A stretch of 56,566 nucleotides of DNA, from the NCBI GenBank assembly GCA_013115145.1, contig JAAPAO010000185.1:1-56566 (forward strand), given 5' to 3'. Shown here one piece after another: positions 47,005 through 56,566 of this stretch. The stretch comes from Perkinsus chesapeaki ATCC PRA-425. Taxonomy: Eukaryota; Protista; Perkinsozoa. Position 1 is the stretch's first letter. Every line of letters begins with the position of its first letter. The notes below the pieces were generated by a model, which saw only the letters and a program-made list of their open reading frames with translations, had not been told where the DNA came from and ran no database searches. The position numbers and the translations under genes were made by a program.

Positions 47005-47884
47005 GGTGTAGAGTTGAACAGTGGAGAGGTGTTCCCGGAGAGGTGAACACAACCGCTAGCGCAGCTGTCTCCTCGGCTAATGAAATCAGCGCATGATCTG
47101 CGTTGCTTGAAATCGGGGCTTGAAAGCTCACTCCGAGAATAGAGAAGTCAAGTTAGCAGTAGTTAACAAACGCCTCTCGTTGGGTATACAAACGGCCTTA
47201 CATGTGCTTCGTCGAGCGATACGTTTGGGGCCTAAGAGATTGCATATCTTCAACATCTATATGGTCACTGTACACACAACTATAGGTCGGTAGAGCCTAT
47301 AGCCGCATGGCCGCTCGTAAGCCGTGAGCTGCATACGCGACTCGCGCTATCCACGTGGCTTCCGAATAAATGTGCTTTCGTGGGCATTGTGCTTCGGAGA
47401 ATTAGATTGCTAGGGACAGTGCCAATTACTTACGGAAAAGATAGTATTTCTAAGATGTATCGATTGAGTTGAGTTGCTTATCCACGTTAGGCTATAGCTC
47501 GGAATTGACAGGCCTACTGTAGACTCTGCCGCCCAGCGGATTTCTATAACCAAAGCCACTGAGCTCCAGATTGATGAAGCACTAGGCAGTAGACTCAGGA
47601 TGGTGAAGGAGTTCCTGTCCCGTATTTGACTCTTGGGGAACATGAACGCCGTTTGAAACCTACAGATGGTTTTGAATGGCTTTGTTCGTAAAATGGGCTG
47701 GAGCAGGCTACTGGCGTGTCTCGTTAGTTCAACTAACTCAGGTGATTCGCTGATTCCGCGGTGACTGAGTATCACTAGTATTCAAAACAACAACTTTGCG
47801 GATAGCTTAGTGAAAAAAGATGGCTTCCGGGAGCTGGTGTTGAAAACAGACGTCAATGTGACAGCTGAAAAAGGGTAGATTATT

Positions 47885-48934
47885 TCAACAAGAGCAAGGT
47901 ACATCCGTGCGAAAACACACAGGGATAGTCTGCCAGTATTTGCAATATGATTCAGAGTAATCTTGTTGACATTTCTTATGGCCTTCAGTACAGTCGACGG
48001 GCGCAAGAGTTGTAGTGGCCTCAGGAAAGGCATTATTCATCACCCAAGCGAAGCGAACGGCACCTTTAGCAAGCTGCTCCTTCACCACCTCGATTCGCTG
48101 AGTGTAGTAACTCATAGGAAGGACATCCTTATTTACCACTTCCTTACCGTCGACATGCTTGTACGCATTATTGCATGCAAGAACAGCCGATTCGGAAGCC
48201 ATACTATTCACACATTTATCAAGACCATTCTTCTCGCAGTCTTCAAGCCACTCTGGGACCTTGTCGTAGAAGGCTCCACCCTCTGCGAGCTCCTTCTCGA
48301 TATGCTTCACCGTGATGCTCCAGAACATATCTCGCTCGGCTACAGGTGTGTCGTAGTTGAAGTCCTGCTGGATGTACTCATCACCATAATCAGATCCCTC
48401 AAACTCATCGATGAGCTTCTCGTCCCAAACCTTGTGCAGATTTGCATTTTTATGATCAGCAAATTCGTAGTCGACGTAAATCCTATTCCCGCCGAGGTCA
48501 GAGTGACGGCCAGCATGGAGAGGCTGATGAACATCACCCATAAAATGGGTAAGGAACTTCAGGGCAACTTGACGTTGCTCAAGTGGTAAGCTCTCATCGG
48601 CGACTTGGCGAGTGTAGTTCTTAATAGCACCAACAACACAGTAGTCGTCCTTACAGTCGCGTGCATAGACGAACTGACAGTTGTCAGTATCAGCGTAATG
48701 AAGTCCTGAAGTCCACCTCCATTTGTCCTTCTCGGGGCCGTAACGAATGCTGTCTGCCCATGTCGAGTAGTCGGCAAGCCTAGTGCCCGCGCCCATAATA
48801 TCGGCCACAGCCTTGTTAGCATTGCCATTGAAGTACTTCGCGGCGGTGTCGGCCACGGTAGCATGACCGTCTGGGCCCCAAGCAAAAGCGGTTGGAAAAG
48901 TGAGAGCAATGAGACTTGTTCGGTTGATCATCAT
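47885..48934 (-). CDS. Secreted S1/P1 family nuclease 2 with a C-terminal 6-Cys module (349 aa, intronless)
   Basis: WGPDGH, WADSIR, LHYAD, FLTHFMGDVHQPLH and NLHKVWD. Full-length tandem paralog of nuclease 1. Confidence 0.95.
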   Translation of the reverse strand: MMINRTSLIALTFPTAFAWGPDGHATVADTAAKYFNGNANKAVADIMGAGTRLADYSTWADSIRYGPEKDKWRWTSGLHYADTDNCQFVYARDCKDDYCVVGAIKNYTRQVADESLPLEQRQVALKFLTHFMGDVHQPLHAGRHSDLGGNRIYVDYEFADHKNANLHKVWDEKLIDEFEGSDYGDEYIQQDFNYDTPVAERDMFWSITVKHIEKELAEGGAFYDKVPEWLEDCEKNGLDKCVNSMASESAVLACNNAYKHVDGKEVVNKDVLPMSYYTQRIEVVKEQLAKGAVRFAWVMNNAFPEATTTLAPVDCTEGHKKCQQDYSESYCKYWQTIPVCFRTDVPCSC

Positions 48935-49157
48935 AACTCAAAAGCTAAATTATCCCGAGCAGTGAACGCTTCACTATTCGGCTAGTAGCCCTGAGAGAAG
49001 GAAACTCTGTTGCGCTCAATTCTTCGCCTAAGAGAGCCATGCGGCGAAAACACTGAACTTCAGTGAAATGAGTCCGTTCGCAGAGATCAGTAGGCTGCGC
49101 GCCGTGCGCATGCGTGCCACGCGTCGCCACCTTCATTGTTGCTGGCTTCGCGTGGAA

Positions 49158-49741
49158 TGTAACTCTGAAGTCGGCTTTCTTTATTGAATCGAGTATAACA
49201 TTCCGTTAATACTCGATTCAGTAGGGGTGCTCCAAGCTGGCGCTCTGATTAGACTTTGTCAGCTCCAGAGGTAACCCGAGGTGTATCGCTCCCCCGACGA
49301 AAGGCCAGCACGCACGCGCTTCAGATTGTGGTAGGAGGTTCCTGTATTCCTTCTATGTGTACCCATTTGTAGCTGTGTGCCTGCTATATTGTATGTAAAT
49401 CGATTACGTTCGGCCACATGTAACTACGAGTCTTTATATCATCTGCTATTGTAGTCGGTCACGGGCGCGGCGCTTCTTGTGCGGAAGAGCTAAGTGCGCG
49501 CGTACGGTGAGTTAGATAAAAGATAAGATTCGCCGGAATCTTTTATCCGTGCTGTTGGTGAGAAGTTAGCTTCACCTACGCTTCATTACTTGTCTCCGAG
49601 GTCTCCAGCTATTGTGCCTCGAAGCTGTATTGCCTGCCCGCTAAGCACTACTTCGTATAAAGCCTTTGGGATTGTGTTACCAGAGTCGCCCATCGCCTAC
49701 CGATAGTATCAATCGACGTCCCGATCACGACTCCGCCCACA
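49158..49741 (+). mobile_element. Putative 5' LTR of a retrotransposon
   Basis: Starts TGT and ends ACA. It is followed after 7 nt by PBS-like TGGTAGCAGC (49749-49758) and then a gag-like ORF. There is no second full LTR in the window, so the 5' boundary is inferred. Confidence 0.55.
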
Positions 49742-49775
49742 TTTCTTCTGGTAGCAGCTCCTTGTTAAACTTATT

Positions 49776-50066
49776 GGTAATGGTACGACGGTAATTGGTG
49801 ATGGTACGATGGTAATTGGTAATGGTACGATGGTAATTGGTACTGGTACGATGGTAATTGGTAATGGTACGATGGTAATTGGTAATGGTACGATGGTAAT
49901 TGGTAATGGTACGATGGTAATTGGTAATGGTACGATGGNNNNNNNNNNNNNNNNNNNNNNNNNNNNNNNNNNNNNNNNNNNNNNNNNNNNNNNNNNNNNN
50001 NNNNNNNNNNNNNNNNNNNNNNNNNNNNNNNNNNNTGGTAATTGCTAATGGTACGATGGTAATTGG
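49776..50066 (+). repeat. 21-nt tandem repeat (TAATGGTACGATGGTAATTGG) spanning an assembly gap (Ns at 49939-50035)
   Basis: Units read directly on both sides of the N run. They encode (GNGTMVI)n. Confidence 0.95.
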
Positions 50067-50559
50067 TTCTGAATCTACTTCAAGCATCAACGCCGAGGAG
50101 GGCTTCCTCAACCCCGTTGAGGAGGGCAAGACCGTAGTTGAACAATGCGAGCGCAAGGGGGGCAGTGATGAGCTGTGTGCCTGGGCGCGGTCAACGGCTG
50201 AAGAAGCTGCTCGTAGGCATAAGATGGGAGTCCCATCATGGGACCGCCAATCTAAGATAGGCCTCTTCGTGACCAAGCTCAGTACGGCCCTCGATGAGTA
50301 CAACCTTTCGCTGCCAGAGAGAGACCGCCTCTGTGAGGCGGCACGTAGCCGCCTGGTACCCGACCGCCTGATTGCCAATGTTTCTGGTGGGGCGAAGACA
50401 GCACTTAGAAACAGAAAACCGTCTAGTGTGGCCGAGATGTGTAAAATCGTCGAAGACCATACTAGCCGGGACGACCCGGTTGAGAGATCCGGCCCGATGC
50501 CCGCGGCGCCGGTGGATGCGGAGATGACTTTGCCGGAGCCTATGACTCATAGGCTATGA
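49809..50559 (+). mobile_element. Truncated gag-like ORF with an N-terminal heptapeptide repeat
   Basis: Follows the LTR/PBS. WDRQSKIGLFVTKL...LVPDRLIANVSGGAKTALRNRKPSSVAEMCKIVE resembles retrotransposon gag helices. No zinc knuckle, protease or RT was seen downstream. Confidence 0.55.
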
Positions 50560-51607
50560 GATTCATGGCTGAAACTATGCAGGCGATCGCTAAGGAGATT
50601 ACGGAACTGAGGCATTTTCATAGTATAACATCCGTTAGGCATACCATCCATCATCCTTGATTAGGCTCTACAGCAGTTCTTCTGGAATCGGAAATCATCC
50701 TCCCTTCCAAGTCTACCATCGATTGGAAACCTTCAAATTAAAGGGAATCGTGATTGTTGGCGCTATGGTTGGGCCCTCATATGTGTGAGTAACGGTTACT
50801 CGCCGTAATTGATGCAAAGATCCTTTTTAGGTACCAGGGATGTTTACAGATGGCCAAGGGTAAAAAGCTGGTATCACAAACAGTGTACATTTACAACTTT
50901 TGAATGCTATAACCGGTATCACCACTATTTGAGGAATATGATAGAGTTTCTAAGCGCTTCCTCGCAGAGGAATCCTCTGTCATTGGTTTCCCCTGCCACT
51001 TGTGCATAGGTGCTTCAGTATTTTTTCGCGTTGCTGTACCTTTCTAGGCTCCCTTTCTTCCTGAGAGTGACCTTTGGTAAATTAGTCTCGCTTATGCTCA
51101 AGAAGATGACTACAAGCATCAAGTCCTGTGTTAAATTGTTCGCAAAATGCAAACCTGCCAAACCCGGAGGTGCGCCGGAACCTGGTCAGTGCCACTGACT
51201 CAGTGGCGAGCTATAGTGTCGATCCACAGTTCGCTCTTCAGCCGCCTGCTCCGCTGCGCAGGATGCATGTGACACAGCTGCCATCCTGCCGATTGCGAAC
51301 ACGCCGTGTTCAACACGAGGAGAAGTGTGCAAGAACGTGTTTAAGAATGTCCTTATGTGTTCATCATGCCATCCATCTTCGCTGGTCCTCAAGTCAATGA
51401 GCTTGTTGACTTCGTGAAGCGCAAGAAACCATTGAATACATGTGCATCGGATCTACTTAGCTTCATTCAACGCGCGGTGTAGAGGTGAACTGATAATTGG
51501 TGGTCAATCCCACAAATAGGACATTTGCGTGAAAGCTGGGAACGAGCCGAAATATTACAAGATGCTTCCCGGAAATGTAGACTAGCATATTCAGAGTCTG
51601 AACATCA

Positions 51608-51670
51608 GACTAAGCTGAGTGCATCCAAGGTATGGAAAGTTTCCATACCTTGGATGCACTCAGCTTAGTC
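51608..51670. repeat. Perfect inverted repeat with 31-bp arms and a 1-nt spacer
   Basis: GACTAAGCTGAGTGCATCCAAGGTATGGAAA-G-TTTCCATACCTTGGATGCACTCAGCTTAGTC. Confidence 0.97.
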
Positions 51671-51687
51671 CATTGGAAACTGCTACA

Positions 51688-52160
51688 TTGATCACGTCTA
51701 GCAACGTTATTCCTGTGGGGCACGTAGCGTATTGGTAAATGGACTGTTGTAGACAGCGGAGGAGTCGGTAGGTGTAAATGTAGTCATCCAAGAATCAGGT
51801 CAAACCTCGCTAATACTTGGCTGTCAGCCAATGGCTGAACATCAAGCGCGTAAAGCCTCAGCTCTCGCTTTCCCAAAGTAAGTGAATCGACATTAGTCTC
51901 GAAGAGGCGTTGGGGAAAACTCGACGCCCTAAGGGGTCGCGAAAACGGTCACGAAAAAATTTCCAAAGGCCTGCGAGTCAGGTTGGCAGCCTCCTATCAG
52001 CTATCCTATAATATAATAGCCTACCGTAGGCTATTATATTATAGGATAGCTGATTATAGGAACACATCACATCGCGAAAAAAGGCTATGACAGCCATCAA
52101 TAGCGGCATCCCTTCCCAGATATCGCTTTTTCCTATATCGTAGTCTACTGTATTGCTTAT
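51688..52160 (+). repeat. Diverged dispersed repeat, copy 1 (copy 2 at 56016-56520)
   Basis: Colinear anchors TTGATCACGTCTAGCAAC, TATTGGTAAATGGACT, AAGAATCAGGTCA, CTCGAAGAGGCGTT and CATCCCTTCCCAGA occur in both copies. Confidence 0.9.
51996..52054. repeat. Perfect inverted repeat with 29-bp arms and a 1-nt spacer
   Basis: ATCAGCTATCCTATAATATAATAGCCTAC-C-GTAGGCTATTATATTATAGGATAGCTGAT. Confidence 0.97.
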
Positions 52161-53362
52161 AACAGCCAGCAACCTGACGAATCTGCTTCCAACTCAAAGC
52201 ATTCAAAACACGATAGGCAAAGCCAAATACTTCATGTGGCATTTAGAAACATGCTTCCAGCTAATGTATCATCAATGAGAACTACAGGGCGGAAGGTCCC
52301 ACAGCTTGCCTTCTTCGTTGCCCTCTTCGTCTACCGATATCTTATCGTGTTGGTCTCCGGCTGGATCTAGAACGGCACCGGCCGAGAATTCCTCCTCACC
52401 GTTTGTTAATGGAAGGACTGGTGTCCTTCCCTCGCCATTCCCTTTATAGCCCAATATCGATTAGTTGTGCAGAGTAATTGTGTTTGCGTACACATAGATT
52501 GGTGTAGATACTGAATGCAGTTAGTGTGCTTATACCTATTGTCCCAGGGTCGTAGTATTGGTTCCGTTGTTGTTTGCTCTTTTGTTGTGTTATCCTTAGA
52601 AGTTCATCAACTGATACCGCGACTACTGCTATCGTTAACTGTCTAGGTGCAAGTCAGAATTCGATTCCCATCACTGTCGAGGAACTGAATGAATCATTTC
52701 TGTCCTCGGAGGAGATGTAGCAGTAGAATGCAAAACTCAAGTCAAAAAATGAGAGTGAAAACCTCCATTACTTCCTCTTAAGATCGCCTATTGAACTTTC
52801 GTCAAGCTTCAGTACTCTAACAATGTATGGAACATGCGATATGTTACATACCATCGCCGAATAGCTTCAGTTCATCAAGGAGATTAAAGTCATAAATGAT
52901 GAGTGAGTCTTGGTGGCGCAACCGAAAAAACTGCTACCACCGTCGGGGGGGTTGACGCAGAACTTATGGAGAAAATTATGCGACGCATAAGGAGGAGGGC
53001 GAGGCATGTATAGCACTGGTGACTGTGCAGCCTGAACCAATAATATGGTATGCAGAAGCGATAACTTATCACTGGTAAGTGCTTATTAGCATTCGCGTAG
53101 CAGTTATCGGCATGAGCTGCTGCGGAATGTCTGGTACTACTAGGCAATCCACTTGTTTATAGCTTTGGCAATTGCGTGTACTAAATACCTGACAAAGTCA
53201 TTGTCGCAGTGATGACCATTACTCTAAAAAGTCTTCGTCAGAAGACGATAAAAGCACGGCGAATGATGAAGACATTCACACTGAGGTGATACACCTCAGT
53301 GTGAGATACCAACAGCTAGTGATGGATAGAGCATATTACGAATAGAGCGCATAGTTCGGTAC

Positions 53363-55787
53363 TTACACAACCTGTCGGTAGCACCAAAAGCAATGTGACG
53401 CGTCTGGTACCTGCGCAAGACACTGAATTCAATAATGTGGATGAAATCTTACGTTAATAACTTGAAGCCCCGGCCTTCCTTTAGTGATCTCACTTGGATA
53501 ACAAGGATCCGCATCACCATTGATCAATAATATATTATTAGCTCCATGCAAGTCCTCTCCAACTATCTCTTGTAAATACTTAACGTGGCGAAGAAACTTG
53601 CCATTCCGAAAGCTCTCAACAATACTGTCAATGCACTTACCTCGTCTTTCGACACTCCAAATCCTTCCTTGCATAGCATCAGGTTAAAATCGACCCAATT
53701 TGTATTTGTATAAAAGGGACATGTCCCTTTGTCGCATGACTGCAAAAGTCCCTCTTTGCCACATATGTAAAACATGTTGAGTCTGCTCTCAATTCTGCTC
53801 ATCGAGTCCCGCAACCTGTCGAACACCAATATCTCCCGTTCAGCGTGCAACTTTCACATTCACTTGCAGAGCAGCTTACATTTCGATATGTCTCAGGAAT
53901 GGAACACCTCGGGTGTCTCCAGGTGGTAAAGGATCATTCGTGTTGAGGATGTCAGCCAGTTTATCGAGCGGGGAATCACTGAATAGGTAACCCTATAGCT
54001 TCGATACTTCAGCAGATAAAGCCCTTCCTTACCTTCCGCTTGTGAGTCTACGACAGATCATCTTTATGTTGTGGTAATCTGTCGCAGGATAAGGGTCGTT
54101 ATACTGTGGGTTCATTCCGAGGAGACGTCCCCCAATCGAGCTGAGAGGTCGGAGCTCGAAGAGCCACAGTGCTGCTCACCTGAGTATCTGATTGTTCACA
54201 TCCTCCAGATACCTGTCGCAAAATCGGAATTTCTTTTCGACTGCTCGGCGACCTTCGACCGTTTTTAAGGCCTGCGCATACTCTTGGTGAGCTTTAGTGA
54301 GCTATAATAATAGGATGCGGAGTATTGAGTAATATTCTTCTTAACTTACCACATCTACGCATCTTCGACTACCTCCAAGGTGTTTGTTGGAGAATGCCTT
54401 CGCTACATAAGGCCAGTACCTTGGCAGGACAATAATACATCCGAATCGTGAGTAGTATAAATCATACTGCATGGCCCGTACAGCTTGGAGCTTTTTGATA
54501 GTTGCCTTGTGCGTCGCCCCGTGGAATCGGAGCACTTTTAAACAAAGTCAAAGAATGAATGCTAATACCACGGTGATATATTCAGATCTGTAGTACAACT
54601 TGTAATTCACAAGCCAGTTATGAATCAAGAAGAGCTCAAAAGCCACTGATCAGTCCAAGTTTGAATCACTTAAGCTCGGAGGCTTTTCCGTTAACCCACT
54701 TATCATCTGTTGGCGTAATCTTGAGCGGAGCTGAAGATTCGACAGCCCCAGCGAAGATTTCCGGATGCCTTTGTCGGGCCGGAGCGGCTATCATCTGAAG
54801 CGACAGTCGAGTTCATGTATTTTGCAAGTCCGACTCGGACGGTCCGAGCTGTACCCCTGTGCTGCTGCAGCCGAAGAGAACTATCTTCAGGTCAGGTGTT
54901 GGGTACCTCGACCTTAAATGGGTACCAAAGTGTACGACATCCTCGACCATCTGTCTGACTGTCAGCAGCTTCTTGAGTGTCCCGTTGGAATATTCATCCG
55001 TGGGAAAGCTGTTGCCAGAATACCTAGACTTTGGACATTAGCGGGGCGGTGATAAAACTAGAGACTCGTTCAAGCCGTTCTCACCTATCTTCTATCACGT
55101 AAATAGCTGCCTTTACTAGGGTCGCCGTCTCGAGCACATCAGACAAACCGGTTCCGTTCAAACTTGAACGGGTAAGGCTCACAAAGATTATCTGATAGAG
55201 GGCCTCTCATTGGACAGAGACATTCATCAAACCTACCGGCTTTTTATAATTAAAAAAGTCAAAGGAATACATGAGCTGCTGAGCAAATAGTCCGGCTAGG
55301 GGACCTAGAAGGAATAATAGAAGTTTGCTATTTTTTATTTGGAAAGGCTTCGATGATTAACTTCCCAGCAATCTCGTTTGCTGGTCAATTGCAGACTAAC
55401 AATTTTAAATGGGGTGAATATACTTCTTTCTTGGCGGTAGGCATGGTTTAAACACGATTCTCTACCTTGACATGCTCCGCAGTCTGTAGTGGATCGAAAC
55501 TCGTGAAGGTGCGCTTGTGGAAATATCCAATTTCGATTTACCTTTATAGTGATCGATAAGTTGTGGAAACGATGACTCAAACCAGCGAATCGACGGCAAG
55601 TTTCTTCGATACCCCAAAGGACTGTATCTGACAAATAGTCGATTCGTATCATGGAGACCACAGCGAGCTATTAGTGAAGCCAGAAAGAAGTTTGTAGTTC
55701 TCACCTGCCCTGGCTGTCCAGGAATTCCGCCAAATTCTGTGAAGCTCCACACCAGTTAAGGTAGACAAGGAAAAGAATTGTGATCAT
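53363..55787 (-). CDS. Secreted serine peptidase of family S28 (prolylcarboxypeptidase/thymus-specific serine protease-like), 13 exons; 3' end may extend further
   Basis: Signal MITILFLVYLNWCGA, then FPQLIDH, VIEDRYSG, KIVLFGCSSTG (Ser 54864-54866), FAGAVESSAPL, GGSRRC, NILLINGDADP and DASHC (His 53393-53395), in S28 order. Confidence 0.88.
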
Positions 55788-56015
55788 GCTTTCTCTCCAG
55801 AAGAGGAAACGACTGAATACTCGATTATTTCATTATCTACGATTGCATGTACGCACGCGTATAAGAGTGGCCAGCCTTCGGGCGCCTCGCCAAATGTCAA
55901 CCGAGTGGCGCGGCGCATACGCGCTAGCGTGCGTTGCCGAGAGTACCTGCCAATCAGCATCCCTGAATCGGGCCGTATTGAAAATGCATCTAAGCTAGGC
56001 TAGTCTATACTTGGA

Positions 56016-56520
56016 TTGATCACGTCTAGCAACCTTTTTCTGCGGGGAACGTAGCTATTGGTAAATGGACTCCATGCTGTTGTAGACGGCGGAGGGCGCC
56101 GCGCGCCCGCTGAGGAATGAACGCGGTCATTTAAGAATCAGGTCACACCTCGATAATATTTGGTTGAACATCACGCGCATGAGTCTAGGCGTTCGCTCTC
56201 CCAAAGTTCGACCCTCTATGTACAGAGAATGGAAGTCCGCTAGGTGTTTCACGCTTTTCATAGCTTAGAACCCCTGCAATTGAATCGGCATTAACCTCGA
56301 AGAGGCGTTCTAGCTAGAGCTCAACCATATGGGATTGTGTAAACGGTCCTGAGAAGGCTTCCAAAGGCCAGCAAGTCAGTTAGGCTATTATGTTATAGGT
56401 TAACTGATGATAGGAACACACCACACTGCGAAAAAGATATATGCCAATCATCAAAAGCGGCATCCCTTCCCAGACATCCTCGCTTTTTATTGCATCGTAG
56501 TCTATTGTATTGCTTCTTAT
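56016..56520 (+). repeat. Diverged dispersed repeat, copy 2
   Basis: Colinear with 51688-52160. Confidence 0.9.
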
Positions 56521-56566
56521 ATCGTAGTCTACTGTATTGCTTCTTATATCGTAGTCTACTGTATTG
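56494..56566 (+). repeat. 27-nt tandem repeat (ATCGTAGTCTACTGTATTGCTTCTTAT), at least 2.7 units, running off the window
   Basis: Units start at 56494, 56521 and 56548. The unit is single-copy in the paralogous segment near 52137. Confidence 0.9.

Noticed and set aside
47410-47775. 121-aa ORF between the two nucleases (possible inhibitor or immunity gene)
   Set aside because: It has a non-ATG start in the track, a Ser/Leu-rich random-like composition, and no counterpart next to the other nuclease.
49725-50378. 217-aa minus-strand ORF with HRTITNY repeats
   Set aside because: It is the antisense of the 21-nt array and the gag-like ORF.
51128-51560. Aspartic protease remnant
   Set aside because: There is only a vague GELIIGG-like fragment among stops, and no DTG/DSG motif.

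Overview
Eukaryotic, intron-rich DNA. Most introns are short (about 40-60 nt) GT-AG introns read in the standard code, so the ORF track fragments most real genes. Gene families and intron style suggest a perkinsid alveolate (Perkinsus-like); this is inference only, with no database search. Gene models rebuilt by eye, left to right: a probably decayed EF-hand/coiled-coil gene; a serine carboxypeptidase S10; GnT-I/MGAT1; three intronless paralogous ~140-aa secreted proteins with an (R/K)SLQ motif; a TTEAA mucin with two 6-Cys modules; a 7-exon putative mitochondrial protein, head-to-head with a PMP34/SLC25A17-like carrier whose 3.86-kb intron holds a nested frameshifted gene; an unidentified multi-exon gene; eIF3c (14 exons); two tandem intronless S1/P1 nucleases ending in the same 6-Cys module; a truncated LTR retroelement; and an S28 serine peptidase. 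No rRNA, CRISPR array or intact tRNA gene was found. The best candidate for an undescribed system is in eIF3c: 5 of its 13 introns carry a tRNA T-arm/B-box sequence. One 76-nt intron is almost entirely a degenerate tRNA cloverleaf, with the 5' splice site forming the acceptor stem. Secondary signals are ~10-bp periodic A/T tracts in long introns, recurrent perfect fold-back palindromes with a 1-nt spacer, and the shuffled 6-Cys module. All exon coordinates are manual and need RNA-seq confirmation.
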